This document shows positions 52,442 through 60,760 of a stretch of 60,760 bases of DNA, piece by piece. Position 1 is the first letter of the stretch; every line of letters starts with the position of its first letter. Source of the stretch: Thermodesulfobacteriota bacterium (GTDB lineage Bacteria; Desulfobacterota; Desulfuromonadia; Desulfuromonadales; Geopsychrobacteraceae). The stretch covers positions 1-60,760 of the forward strand of contig JANQIN010000230.1 in assembly GCA_028282145.1 (NCBI GenBank), read 5' to 3'. Below the pieces are notes generated by a model. It had not been told where the DNA came from. It did not search any database and saw only the letters and a list, made by a program, of their open reading frames with translations. Made by a program: the position numbers and the translations under genes.

Positions 52442-54328
52442 ATGAAACGGAGTCCTTTATTTTCACTGGGCGGGCTGCTGCTGGCTGCTGCCGCCTTTGT
52501 CCTGATCAACCTTGCGGCCGCCCCGACACTGAAGCAGGCGCGCCTGGATCTGACCGAAAACAAGATCAACACTCTGTCCGACGGTACCCGGGCCATCCTG
52601 TCTTCGGTCAAGTATCCGGTGACCTTCAAGTTTTTCCTCTCCCGCCAGGCGTTGGAAGAGTTCCCCGGCCTCAAATCCTACACCTCCCGGGTGCAGGAAC
52701 TGCTGGAGGAATATGCCCTCGAATCCGGCGGACAGGTGAGCCTGGAAGTGGTCGACCCGATCCCCTTCTCCGAGGATGAGGATGCAGCCGTCGGCTACGG
52801 CTTGCAGGGTATCCCTGTCGGCGCCTCCGGAACCGGTGTTTTTTACTTCGGCATGGTCGCCGAAACCGCCGATGAGAAGGAGGTGATCCCCTTCTTCCAA
52901 CCGGAACGGGCCCAGTTATTGGAATATGACCTGAGTCAGCTCCTCAATAAATTGAACAACCCACGGAAGATCCGGGTCGGGCTGATCAACACCCTGCGAA
53001 TGCAGGGCGGCATGAACAAGGCCAACCCATCCAGCGGCCTGATGCGACCCTGGGCGATTACCGGGTTCCTCAAGCGGACTTTTGATCTGCGACTGCTGAA
53101 CCAGAATGTTGCCGAGATTCCCGACAGCCTGGATGTGCTGATTCTGGCCCAGCCCAAGCATCTGGACCCGGCGGTGCAATACGCCATCGATCAATACGTT
53201 TTGCGAGGCGGCAAAGTCATCGCTTTCATCGACCCCCTGAGTGAGGTCTCGGCCGCCCGGAACCAGGGGGAGGTCTTTCTCAAGATCGAAGGAATGCAGC
53301 GCATGCTTCGCAGCTGGGGGGCCGAATTGGGCGACAATAAGGTCGTGGCTGACCTGGGAGCTGCCCAGCAGGTCTCCATCAGCCGTACCGTTCGAACCGA
53401 ACTGATCGATTACCTGCCCTGGCTCGAACTGGGCAAGGATCAATTAACGCAAGACGACCCGGTGACCAGCAATCTCAACTCCATTCAGTTGGCCACAGCC
53501 GGGGTACTCACCCCCATGGAAGGGGCCACAACCCAGTTCAAACCTCTAATCCAGTCAACCGAACGGGCAATGCTCATCGAAGCCGCCGAGCTGTCCTACG
53601 CCCCGGATCCACGACGGATGCTGGCGAACTTCAAACCGACAGGTGAGCGCTATGCCATGGCCGCTCGCCTGACCGGCCCCACCCAATCGGCCTTCCCTGA
53701 GGGCCCTCCCATCGGTGAGGACGGGCAACCGGTTGCCCCGCTGATGCTTCATCGAGCCGAGAGTCAGAAAGATATCGACGTGGTGGTCATTGCCGACAGC
53801 GATATGCTGTACGACCGGTTCTGGGTTCAAATCAGCGGTCGTTTCGGCCAACAGGTGGTAACTCCGGTCTCCAACAATGCCGATATGCTGGCGAACGCCG
53901 TGGAGCTTTTGGGCGGCAGCGCCGAACTGATCAATATCCGTTCCAAAGGCACCTATAACCGCCCCTTCACCCTGGTGGAAGAGCTGCGTCAGGATGCCGA
54001 GATCAATTTCCGCGCCAAGGAACAGTTGCTGCGCACTCAGCTGCGAGAAACCGAAGAGAAGCTGGTCAAGTTGCAGCAATCCAGCGGCCGGCGCGGTAGT
54101 GAGGGGCCGACCGCGGAACAGATGGCCGAACTGACCCAATTCCGTCAGGAACAGTTGAAGGTACGAAAGGAGTTGCGGGATGTGCAGTTCCAGTTGCGCA
54201 AGGATATCGAACAGCTGGAAAACCGCCTCAAGGTGATCAATATCGGTCTGATCCCCGGTCTGATCGCCCTGGCGGCCATCGCCCTGGCGATGGTTCGCCG
54301 TCGCCGCGACCGCCGCTTCAAGGGCTAA
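52442..54328 (+). CDS. GldG-like ABC-transport auxiliary protein
   Basis: N-terminal and C-terminal TM anchors around a large exported domain with a C-terminal coiled coil. The gldA/F/G gene order is typical. Confidence 0.75.
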   Translation: MKRSPLFSLGGLLLAAAAFVLINLAAAPTLKQARLDLTENKINTLSDGTRAILSSVKYPVTFKFFLSRQALEEFPGLKSYTSRVQELLEEYALESGGQVSLEVVDPIPFSEDEDAAVGYGLQGIPVGASGTGVFYFGMVAETADEKEVIPFFQPERAQLLEYDLSQLLNKLNNPRKIRVGLINTLRMQGGMNKANPSSGLMRPWAITGFLKRTFDLRLLNQNVAEIPDSLDVLILAQPKHLDPAVQYAIDQYVLRGGKVIAFIDPLSEVSAARNQGEVFLKIEGMQRMLRSWGAELGDNKVVADLGAAQQVSISRTVRTELIDYLPWLELGKDQLTQDDPVTSNLNSIQLATAGVLTPMEGATTQFKPLIQSTERAMLIEAAELSYAPDPRRMLANFKPTGERYAMAARLTGPTQSAFPEGPPIGEDGQPVAPLMLHRAESQKDIDVVVIADSDMLYDRFWVQISGRFGQQVVTPVSNNADMLANAVELLGGSAELINIRSKGTYNRPFTLVEELRQDAEINFRAKEQLLRTQLRETEEKLVKLQQSSGRRGSEGPTAEQMAELTQFRQEQLKVRKELRDVQFQLRKDIEQLENRLKVINIGLIPGLIALAAIALAMVRRRRDRRFKG

Positions 54329-54352
54329 ATTTAAACTTTTGAGCAACGACAA

Positions 54353-54375
54353 AGCCCCGCCTTACCGGCGGGGCT
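54353..54375. terminator. GC-rich hairpin between the convergent gldG-like and 403-aa genes
   Basis: AGCCCCGCC-ttacc-GGCGGGGCT, flanked by ACAAA upstream and GACTGTTTG downstream. The T-tract is weak. Confidence 0.6.
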
Positions 54376-54439
54376 GACTGTTTGATAACAACGTCCATCT
54401 CTGGACTCGATCGCCCCTACTCAGGGCTCTCGTTCATCA

Positions 54440-55651
54440 TTATCTCGTACTGAATCGAACGCCCTCTTCCAGCCAGGGCTCCATATCGATGGACGGATTG
54501 TTCCTGGACCAGGGGAAATGGGTAGATTCGACTTTCGGCCCCGGCACATGGGGGCGACTGGCCTCGGCCCAGAAGCTGTACCGCAAGTCATCCCGTTCCT
54601 GTTCTGCTTCAAGATCCTGCCGGAGGCTGTCCATCACCGGGAAATAGTTTTCCTCCAAAAACACGGCATATTCCACCAATTCGACATTTCCGGTCCACTG
54701 GATCCGATTGTTCTCAAAGCGACAGGCTGCGGTCATTCCGTCACGGATGGCACTCAGGACAGCCTTCGGACTGTCCTCCTCTGCCCAGACAAGGGTCCAC
54801 CCCAGAACCTGCCCGGCTTCGTCAAACGCCATGGGGGCGACTCCGGTCGCCTGCAAGAGATCCTCGAAGTAGCGACCAGCCAGGTCCATCGGCAGACGTT
54901 CCTGCGCCCACGGCCGGTAACTGCTGACCGCATCGATCAGCCCATCCTCTACCGCCTGAGTCAGAAGGCGCCGATGGTCCGCCAGACCCTCGGCGGCGAC
55001 GGAGCGAAGAAGAAGGGACAAACCTCCCGCTTCTCTTACCTGCTGTAACACCGATGCGAGGCGGGCATAATCGTCCAGATCGATCCCCGGCAACAATCGT
55101 CGTTCTTCCATCTGCGCTCTCAATTGTGCCGTGCGACGCCCGGAGATACGCAGAGGAACACCGTGTGGAATTCCCAGAGCCACAATGCCGGGAGCCACCA
55201 TAGACGGCAACTGATTGGCACGGAACCCTTTCGGACCGGTCTTGTTGTCACCAGATTCAACGGCCTGGGGGCTGAACAGGTAGTCCAGGTCGAGCCCACT
55301 GGCGGATTTCTCATCTTCTGCCCGAAGAGCGATACCAACCTTGAGAGGTATACGTCCCGCCAGACGGTCCCGCACCACAAACAGGGATTCCTTCATCGGA
55401 GTTTTCCGCTCGGAGAACCAGATCTCAACAGAATATTCTCCCGGGTAAGGCAGTCGAAGAGATAATCTCCCGTCTTCCATATCCTGGGGAGACAAGCGCA
55501 GCGACCAGGTCGGGAAGACGATCGACTGAATCTGAATCTGCTCAACCTCCCCGGGCATTTGCCACAGGTCCAGGTTTTTCAACAGCACCTGTGTCTCCCG
55601 ATCACAGATCAGGACACGTGGCTGCAGATAGGATTTACCAATTTCGGTCAT
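54440..55651 (-). CDS. Hypothetical 403-aa cytoplasmic protein
   Basis: Long ORF with an AAGGAGGG RBS, last gene of the cytochrome-HK-NtrC string. I recognise no family with confidence. Confidence 0.6.
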   Translation of the reverse strand: MTEIGKSYLQPRVLICDRETQVLLKNLDLWQMPGEVEQIQIQSIVFPTWSLRLSPQDMEDGRLSLRLPYPGEYSVEIWFSERKTPMKESLFVVRDRLAGRIPLKVGIALRAEDEKSASGLDLDYLFSPQAVESGDNKTGPKGFRANQLPSMVAPGIVALGIPHGVPLRISGRRTAQLRAQMEERRLLPGIDLDDYARLASVLQQVREAGGLSLLLRSVAAEGLADHRRLLTQAVEDGLIDAVSSYRPWAQERLPMDLAGRYFEDLLQATGVAPMAFDEAGQVLGWTLVWAEEDSPKAVLSAIRDGMTAACRFENNRIQWTGNVELVEYAVFLEENYFPVMDSLRQDLEAEQERDDLRYSFWAEASRPHVPGPKVESTHFPWSRNNPSIDMEPWLEEGVRFSTR

Positions 55652-55747
55652 GCGAGTACCCTCCTTAAAAGCATCGTAGGATGGAATAAAAACCTGAAGG
55701 GTTAAACGTCGCGTGAGAAAAAGATGAGGGTTTGATGGGGACCGAAA

Positions 55748-57091
55748 TCAGTCCACGTTGAAGTCTTTCAGTTTGCGGCGCAATGTGAGTCGATTGATCC
55801 CGAGAAGGTCGGCCGTCTGGGATTTGTTACACCCGGTCTGCCGATAGATGTTAAGGATATGGGCCCGTTCCACTTCCGCCAGAGTCTCGACCCCTGATTC
55901 GGGCATTTTTTCAACAGAAGCAGGCTCCAGGGCCAGATCAACCGGTTCGATCTCCCCTTCACCATGCAACAGAAGCGCCCTTTCAATGACATTTTTCAAT
56001 TCTCGCACGTTTCCCGGCCAGGGGTAGTATTCCAGGGCGCTTTTGGCCGCCTCGGACAGGCGACAGTCTTTACCTGGGATCTGGCTCTCCAATTGTCGCA
56101 GAAAGAGCTCCGCCAACTGGACAATATCCTCCCGGTGTTCCCGCAATGGCGGGACCAGAAGGGGCACAACATTGAGTCGGAAATAGAGATCTTGCCGGAA
56201 ACGTCCCTCGCTCACCTGGTCACCTAACGATCGGTTGGTGGCGGCCACGATCCGCACATCGACCCGGATCGGACGATCTCCGCCAAGGCGCATCAGGGTC
56301 CGTTCCTCAAGCACCCGCAGCAGCTTGGCTTGCAACTCCAGCGGCATCTCTGCAATTTCATCGAGAAACAGGGTTCCCCGGTGAGCCAACTCGAAAACCC
56401 CTTTCCGAGCTGCCTTGGCATCGGTGAAAGCCCCTTTCTCATGACCGAAGAGCTCGCTTTCCAACAGATTGGCCGGTATTGCTGCACAGTTGACCTTCAG
56501 TAGAGGACCATCCTGGCGGTCGGACTGAAAATGAATCGCCTCAGCGACCAACTCTTTTCCAACCCCGCTCTCTCCCAGAATCAAGGCTGTCGTATTGGAA
56601 GAGGACGCGACCCGTTGAATCAGCTGCCGCAGGTGCTGCATCCTTTCCGAGTCGCCGACCAGTTGTTTTACCGATCGCCGGAGCCGGTGCCGTTGACGTT
56701 GCCGGCAGCCCTCTACCTCAGATCGTAATTGCCGGGTCTCCAAGGCCCGTTCCACGGTCAACTGAAGTTCATCCAGGTCATAAGGTTTGTTGATATAGTC
56801 GTAGGCCCCTTCTTTGAGGGCCCGCACTGCCGTTTTGACCTCGGGGAAAGCGGTCACCACCAGGACCAGGGGAGAGTCGGGCTCATGCAGCTCCGACAAC
56901 AGATCGAGGCCCGAACCGTCCGGGAGCTTCAGGTCCAGAATGAGCAGATCGTAGCTGTTCTGCCGCAGCTCCCGCCGTGCCGAGCCCAAGGTTGCTGCGG
57001 CCCGGGTTTCATACCCTTCTTCCGAAAACAGTTGCAGCAACCCTTCTCGCAGGACGGTTTCATCTTCGACAATCAGAATTCGTCCGGGCAT
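55748..57091 (-). CDS. Sigma54-dependent response regulator (NtrC family: REC-AAA+-Fis HTH)
   Basis: ILIVEDE...[25 protein letters not shown] (GAFTGA variant), [14 protein letters not shown]-terminal [20 protein letters not shown]. Confidence 0.92.
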   Translation of the reverse strand: MPGRILIVEDETVLREGLLQLFSEEGYETRAAATLGSARRELRQNSYDLLILDLKLPDGSGLDLLSELHEPDSPLVLVVTAFPEVKTAVRALKEGAYDYINKPYDLDELQLTVERALETRQLRSEVEGCRQRQRHRLRRSVKQLVGDSERMQHLRQLIQRVASSSNTTALILGESGVGKELVAEAIHFQSDRQDGPLLKVNCAAIPANLLESELFGHEKGAFTDAKAARKGVFELAHRGTLFLDEIAEMPLELQAKLLRVLEERTLMRLGGDRPIRVDVRIVAATNRSLGDQVSEGRFRQDLYFRLNVVPLLVPPLREHREDIVQLAELFLRQLESQIPGKDCRLSEAAKSALEYYPWPGNVRELKNVIERALLLHGEGEIEPVDLALEPASVEKMPESGVETLAEVERAHILNIYRQTGCNKSQTADLLGINRLTLRRKLKDFNVD

Positions 57092-59016
57092 GTTCCCTCT
57101 CTTCGTGGCAATCGAACCTCGGCTACCGCTCCACCGTCCAAGCGGTTCCCCAGGTTGAATTCACCACCCAACTCTTCGATCAATTGCAGCACAATCGGCA
57201 GGCCCAAGCCGGTACCGTCCTCTTTGGTAGTAAACAACGGGTCAAACGCCTTCTCCAGCAACTCCTCCGACAAACCAGGACCGTTGTCCAGGACACGGAC
57301 CCGAACCTGATCGTCCATTTTGTCCACCTCCACCTGAACCCGACCACCATCGGGAACCGCCTGAACCGCATTGAGGATTAGATTCATGAAAATCTGATGC
57401 AGATGCTGCCCCTGCGAACAGACCCGCACCGAACCTTCCGGCAGGTTGAGAGCCAGTTCGGCCCCCTTTCTCTCGGCCTCTTCGCGCAGCAGGAAATCGA
57501 TATCCTGCAACACTGCGCCGACATCGGCCGGGCCGGGAATCCGTTTCCGGCCCGATACCACATAGCCGGTCAAATGGTCGACAAAACCTCCCAGACGATC
57601 GACCATCTCCAGAAGGCGATCCAGGTCGGCTGTTTCCGCCTGCTCAGGGCTCATCTTTCGTTGCAGCATCTGCAACCGAAGCTTTAACCCGGCCAGAGGG
57701 TTCCCTACCTCATGGGCAATAGTCGCTGCCAACATCCCCAGCGACGCCAGGCGGTCGGCCTGAAGTAACTGTTTTTCCAGGCCGGCCAAGGCAGCCCTTG
57801 AGGCTTCGGTCTCGGCCTGGCTTGCTTTAAGGGCTTCAACCTGCAGATCGACTTCATGCTGCAGGTCCTCGTTCCAGCGTTGCAGTCGTTTGTGAGACAT
57901 TTCCAGCGCTTCGGCCATCTCATTGAGGGATTGTCCCAACGCACCGAATTCATCCCGCGAAAGCACCGACGCCCGTTTACCGTAATCCCCTCCTGCCAGA
58001 GCTTCCGCCATACCTGACAGCTTACGGATCGGCTGGCTGAAGCTGCGAGCCGCAAGCACCGCCAGCAGCGCCACAAAGGCCGTCATCGGAATCAGCAGCC
58101 AGAGAATATTCTTTTGCCCCTGCCAGAGAGCTTCCCGGAGCACCGACTGAGGCAGGAGTTTGATCAGGCGCCATTGCTGACCGGGAGCGACCTGAATGGT
58201 ACGCTCGGCCCGTAGTATCCCTTCGGCACCTTCCAGCAGATGGGTGAACTCTTCCGCCGTCCCGGCGTGAAAAACCGACCCGCTCTCCGTTTGCCGCATC
58301 TCCACAAAGCGATTGTCTCCACTGGCCAGCAGGACCTCACCACCAAGCCCGGTTTCAAGCTTCTCCAGCGGGGCCAGCAGTTCGGCACCAAAGACATTGA
58401 GGATCACCACCCCCCGTTTCCGATTAAACGCTCCTCGTACGGGAGTTCCCAATCGGACCACCAACCTTTTGGGTTCCTCCACCCGGCCATATTCCACATT
58501 GAAGTCCAGACGGGAGATATAGAGTTGTCCCAATTCGGCTGCGAGGGCTTCCTTGAAATAATAGCGTTCCCCTTTGTACTGCAGCTGTTCCGGCGGGACC
58601 AGGGTAAACGTCCCCTGATCGTTGTTGACCCGGATATTTTCCATCCCGTCTCGACCGATATAACGTACCTGGAAGTAAAACGGTCCTTGCTCGATAGTAT
58701 CCAGAAATTCCTCTTCCACGGTCTGCCACTGACTCTCGCTCATATAGGGGCGCAGACGGCGGCTGAGAAACCGCTCCAGCGACAGGACCTCCCGCCCGAT
58801 CCCTTCCAATTGCAATTCCAGGGCGTTGGCCGCCGTGGCCACCTCGATCTCCAGTTCGTGCTCCAGCTGATGCCGCAAAACCCCTTCGGCCTGCCAGAAC
58901 ATCCAGCCCGCCAACAGGGCCATCGGACCCAGTGCCAGCCCGACAAAAGCCACCAGCAGCTTGGCACGGATCGAGAAGGAAAAGCGGTTGTGATTTCGGG
59001 AGGTTTGCTCAGCCAT
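57073..59016 (-). CDS. Sensor histidine kinase (periplasmic Cache-like domain, HAMP, HisKA, HATPase_c)
   Basis: Two TM segments, a HAMP domain (PIRKLSGMAEALAGGDYG), H-box IAHEVGNPLAGL, G-box GTGLGLP. Start set at ATG 59016 (MAEQTS). Confidence 0.88.
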   Translation of the reverse strand: MAEQTSRNHNRFSFSIRAKLLVAFVGLALGPMALLAGWMFWQAEGVLRHQLEHELEIEVATAANALELQLEGIGREVLSLERFLSRRLRPYMSESQWQTVEEEFLDTIEQGPFYFQVRYIGRDGMENIRVNNDQGTFTLVPPEQLQYKGERYYFKEALAAELGQLYISRLDFNVEYGRVEEPKRLVVRLGTPVRGAFNRKRGVVILNVFGAELLAPLEKLETGLGGEVLLASGDNRFVEMRQTESGSVFHAGTAEEFTHLLEGAEGILRAERTIQVAPGQQWRLIKLLPQSVLREALWQGQKNILWLLIPMTAFVALLAVLAARSFSQPIRKLSGMAEALAGGDYGKRASVLSRDEFGALGQSLNEMAEALEMSHKRLQRWNEDLQHEVDLQVEALKASQAETEASRAALAGLEKQLLQADRLASLGMLAATIAHEVGNPLAGLKLRLQMLQRKMSPEQAETADLDRLLEMVDRLGGFVDHLTGYVVSGRKRIPGPADVGAVLQDIDFLLREEAERKGAELALNLPEGSVRVCSQGQHLHQIFMNLILNAVQAVPDGGRVQVEVDKMDDQVRVRVLDNGPGLSEELLEKAFDPLFTTKEDGTGLGLPIVLQLIEELGGEFNLGNRLDGGAVAEVRLPRREGTCPDEF

Positions 59017-59075
59017 GAGATTCAGTATAACGCAAAAACATGTGAGTAAGCTCGAGCACAGGGAGGGACGAGCCA

Positions 59076-59102
59076 AAGCCCGGGAGAAGACCTCCCGGGC
59101 TT
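59076..59102 (-). terminator. Perfect 11-bp stem-loop between the cytochrome gene and the kinase gene (possible attenuator or weak terminator)
   Basis: The minus strand reads AAGCCCGGGAG-gucuu-CUCCCGGGCUU followed by UGGCUCG. The U-tract is short, so termination is probably partial. Confidence 0.45.
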
Positions 59103-59173
59103 TGTGAGCAGGAAAAAACCGCGTTTTTCGTAACGGGTATGCCCGGCCCAAGGACGGACCGGGATATCCAACC

Positions 59174-60760
59174 TTACTTGACTGCCTTTTTCAACAGCTT
59201 TTCAATCGCCTGCGTGTGAACCAGGTCGTTCGGCGCGGCAAACTTGCCGTTGACCTTTTCCACCTTCTTCCACAGGGCGTCGTCCACACCGTGACAGGCC
59301 ACGCAGGTCCCGCTGCGACGGATGCGCTGCATCTCTTCTTTATTGAAGGGACGGGCACCATCACGGGCGGTCTGTTGCAACTGTTTACCTTCCTCATCGA
59401 CGAATCGCTCCAGTTCGAAATCGACCGGTGCGTCGCCGTCAGGGAAGTTCTTCTTGATGTCATAGATGCCGCCACCGAGGCCGAGCGCCTTGCTGCTGTC
59501 GTGACAGCTGGTGCAGGACCGAGCTTCTTTACGGACAGTGTGCGGTTGAATCGGGTTATGGCCCATACCGCTGGTGCCGTCGACGGTGGTGAACGTCTTG
59601 TTATTAACGATATTCTTGTCACCATCCATCTGGGTGAAAATCACCTGGCAGCCGGGAATAAACGGGCTGACCTTGCCTTCGCTGTTGATGCCTAAGGCCG
59701 GATCTTCCCAACGAACGTAAGAGCGGCTTTCCTTCCAACTGAAGGCTGTCTTCTGCCGGTTGCTCTTATGGCTGGCCATACTCACGTCGGTGGTCGGTTT
59801 CTCGTTAATCCAGTCACCGTTCGGCTTGCTGATATCCTGCTTGGCATGACAACCGTAGCATTGGGGTGCCCAGTTGGCATGGCAGGCATAGCACTCCAGC
59901 TTGTTCATGTGGGTCGGGTTGGCCACCATCGCCGCATAGCCCTTGCTGCTGTACTTGGCATCTTTGATCTGGGGCACGACATGCTTCTTGCCGGTCATCT
60001 TGGAGGTCAGGACGATCGTGTCGCCTTTCTTCTCCAGATTGGGATAAGGGTTACCCCAGGAGGTCTTCAGCTCGGACGCTTTGTCCATGGTACCGTGACA
60101 GTCCTCACACTCGATCTCCACGCCCTGTTCCCGTTTGGCGTAGATGTTACCGTCGCCATGCAGATCCTGCTTGGTGTGGCAATCGATACAGGTCATGCCC
60201 TTGTCGTAATGGATATCGGCTTCCAGGTGATTGTACATCTTGCCGTGCAGTTTACCCTGCTTACCGCCCTTTTTGGTCCAGGGGGTACCGTAACCGTCAC
60301 TCTCGATGGTACCGATAAAGCTGACACCGGTCCGGCCGCCGCGGTTATGACAGTGCAGGCATTGGGTTTCAGGGATCTTGGTGGTCAGGCGGTGGAATCG
60401 GGGACGGTCTTTCTGGGTCTTGTCGATTGCCTTGTCGCCACCTTCGTAGGTGCCCTTGTCCGAATACACCACATGACAGGCAGCACAACCGCTGGCGCGG
60501 TAGTCGCCATCCCGCTGATGGCCGTCGCTCCACAGGTGGCAACGCAGACACTGGTTACGCAGGTAGTCATCACCCGGGCTATTATTGGGCCCTTCGGGTT
60601 TGGACGGATCGTAGGAGGGGATTTGTGCCAACTCCTTGAGAGCAAACTCCCCTTGAGGATCACCGTCTTTCACCGGTCGTACCGCATATTTCGCGTTACG
60701 GTCCTGCAAACCGAATCCATAACGGGTACCACTGATTTGCCCCGCCATGGTCGCGTGCAG
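59174..60760 (-). CDS. Multiheme c-type cytochrome (at least 9 CxxCH), 5' end probably beyond the window
   Basis: CLRCH, CAACH, CLHCH, CIDCH, CEDCH, CYACH, CYGCH, CTSCH, CVACH. There is no signal peptide after the ATG at 60748, and the frame stays open to 60760, so the true start is likely upstream. Confidence 0.9.
   Translation of the reverse strand: MHATMAGQISGTRYGFGLQDRNAKYAVRPVKDGDPQGEFALKELAQIPSYDPSKPEGPNNSPGDDYLRNQCLRCHLWSDGHQRDGDYRASGCAACHVVYSDKGTYEGGDKAIDKTQKDRPRFHRLTTKIPETQCLHCHNRGGRTGVSFIGTIESDGYGTPWTKKGGKQGKLHGKMYNHLEADIHYDKGMTCIDCHTKQDLHGDGNIYAKREQGVEIECEDCHGTMDKASELKTSWGNPYPNLEKKGDTIVLTSKMTGKKHVVPQIKDAKYSSKGYAAMVANPTHMNKLECYACHANWAPQCYGCHAKQDISKPNGDWINEKPTTDVSMASHKSNRQKTAFSWKESRSYVRWEDPALGINSEGKVSPFIPGCQVIFTQMDGDKNIVNNKTFTTVDGTSGMGHNPIQPHTVRKEARSCTSCHDSSKALGLGGGIYDIKKNFPDGDAPVDFELERFVDEEGKQLQQTARDGARPFNKEEMQRIRRSGTCVACHGVDDALWKKVEKVNGKFAAPNDLVHTQAIEKLLKKAVK

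Noticed and set aside
59017-59173. Possible c-di-GMP/cGAMP (GEMM) riboswitch near the cytochrome gene, because of a CACAAAGCC segment.
   Set aside because: The region lies downstream of the cytochrome, not upstream. The other conserved GEMM elements are absent. The segment is simply one arm of a perfect terminator-like hairpin.
1-60760. Search for rRNA, tRNA, CRISPR repeats, integrases, transposases, phage genes, and reverse transcriptase or known defence-system signature genes.
   Set aside because: Visual inspection of the intergenic regions and ORF products found none. The only repeat-like structures are the liv palindromic element and the in-frame NEEL heptad repeats. A tRNAscan, Infernal or defence-finder run would be needed to be certain.

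Overview
GC-rich 60.8-kb chromosomal segment. I call about 60 protein-coding genes, packed tightly, with many ATGA or few-nt overlaps. I saw no rRNA, tRNA, CRISPR array, integrase or transposase. The gene content suggests a Desulfuromonadales/Geobacter-like deltaproteobacterium: multiheme c-type cytochrome, sigma54/NtrC two-component systems, PilT, many PAS histidine kinases and GGDEF proteins, a NikM/L/K metal-uptake module, selenocysteine use. That taxonomic guess is inference only.

Gene order, left to right:
- pncB-pncA NAD salvage with a divergent NrtR-like regulator
- a GGDEF cyclase
- a small Cys-rich ORF plus an ankyrin protein
- nikM-nikL-nikK
- LysE exporter and a MazG-like hydrolase
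- HK-RR-hybrid HK phosphorelay
- rhodanese and arsC
- perR-rubrerythrin
- EamA, an L,D-transpeptidase, a PocR kinase, mgsA
- a PA14-like membrane protein followed by a frameshifted duplicate domain
- a methyltransferase and a ceramidase-like protein
- a 7.6-kb co-directional cluster (see below)
- HepT-like/GIY-YIG/YaiI overlapping trio at the end of a livJHMGF operon; the operon carries a ~160-bp palindromic insert between livG and livF
- CheB-CheR-PAS fusion, a PAS protein, a hybrid HK
- ThiI-like PP-loop enzyme, pilT, a second GGDEF
- Mla/Pqi-like lipid-transport operon with TraB and nitroreductase genes
- GldA/F/G-like ABC system
- multiheme cytochrome - HK - NtrC regulator - unknown 403-aa protein

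Most interesting is the 7.6-kb cluster. It starts with a GrdB-family gene that the ORF track splits at an in-frame TGA. I read it as one selenoprotein, based on a U-x-x-C motif and a SECIS-like hairpin. It is followed by an aldehyde dehydrogenase, a membrane-anchored FMN glutamate-synthase-like protein, three tandem DoxX paralogs and a lipoprotein Ntn acylase. This is a candidate uncharacterised membrane redox or catabolic system.

All start-codon refinements, promoters and operators are manual calls from the sequence and need experimental or comparative confirmation.
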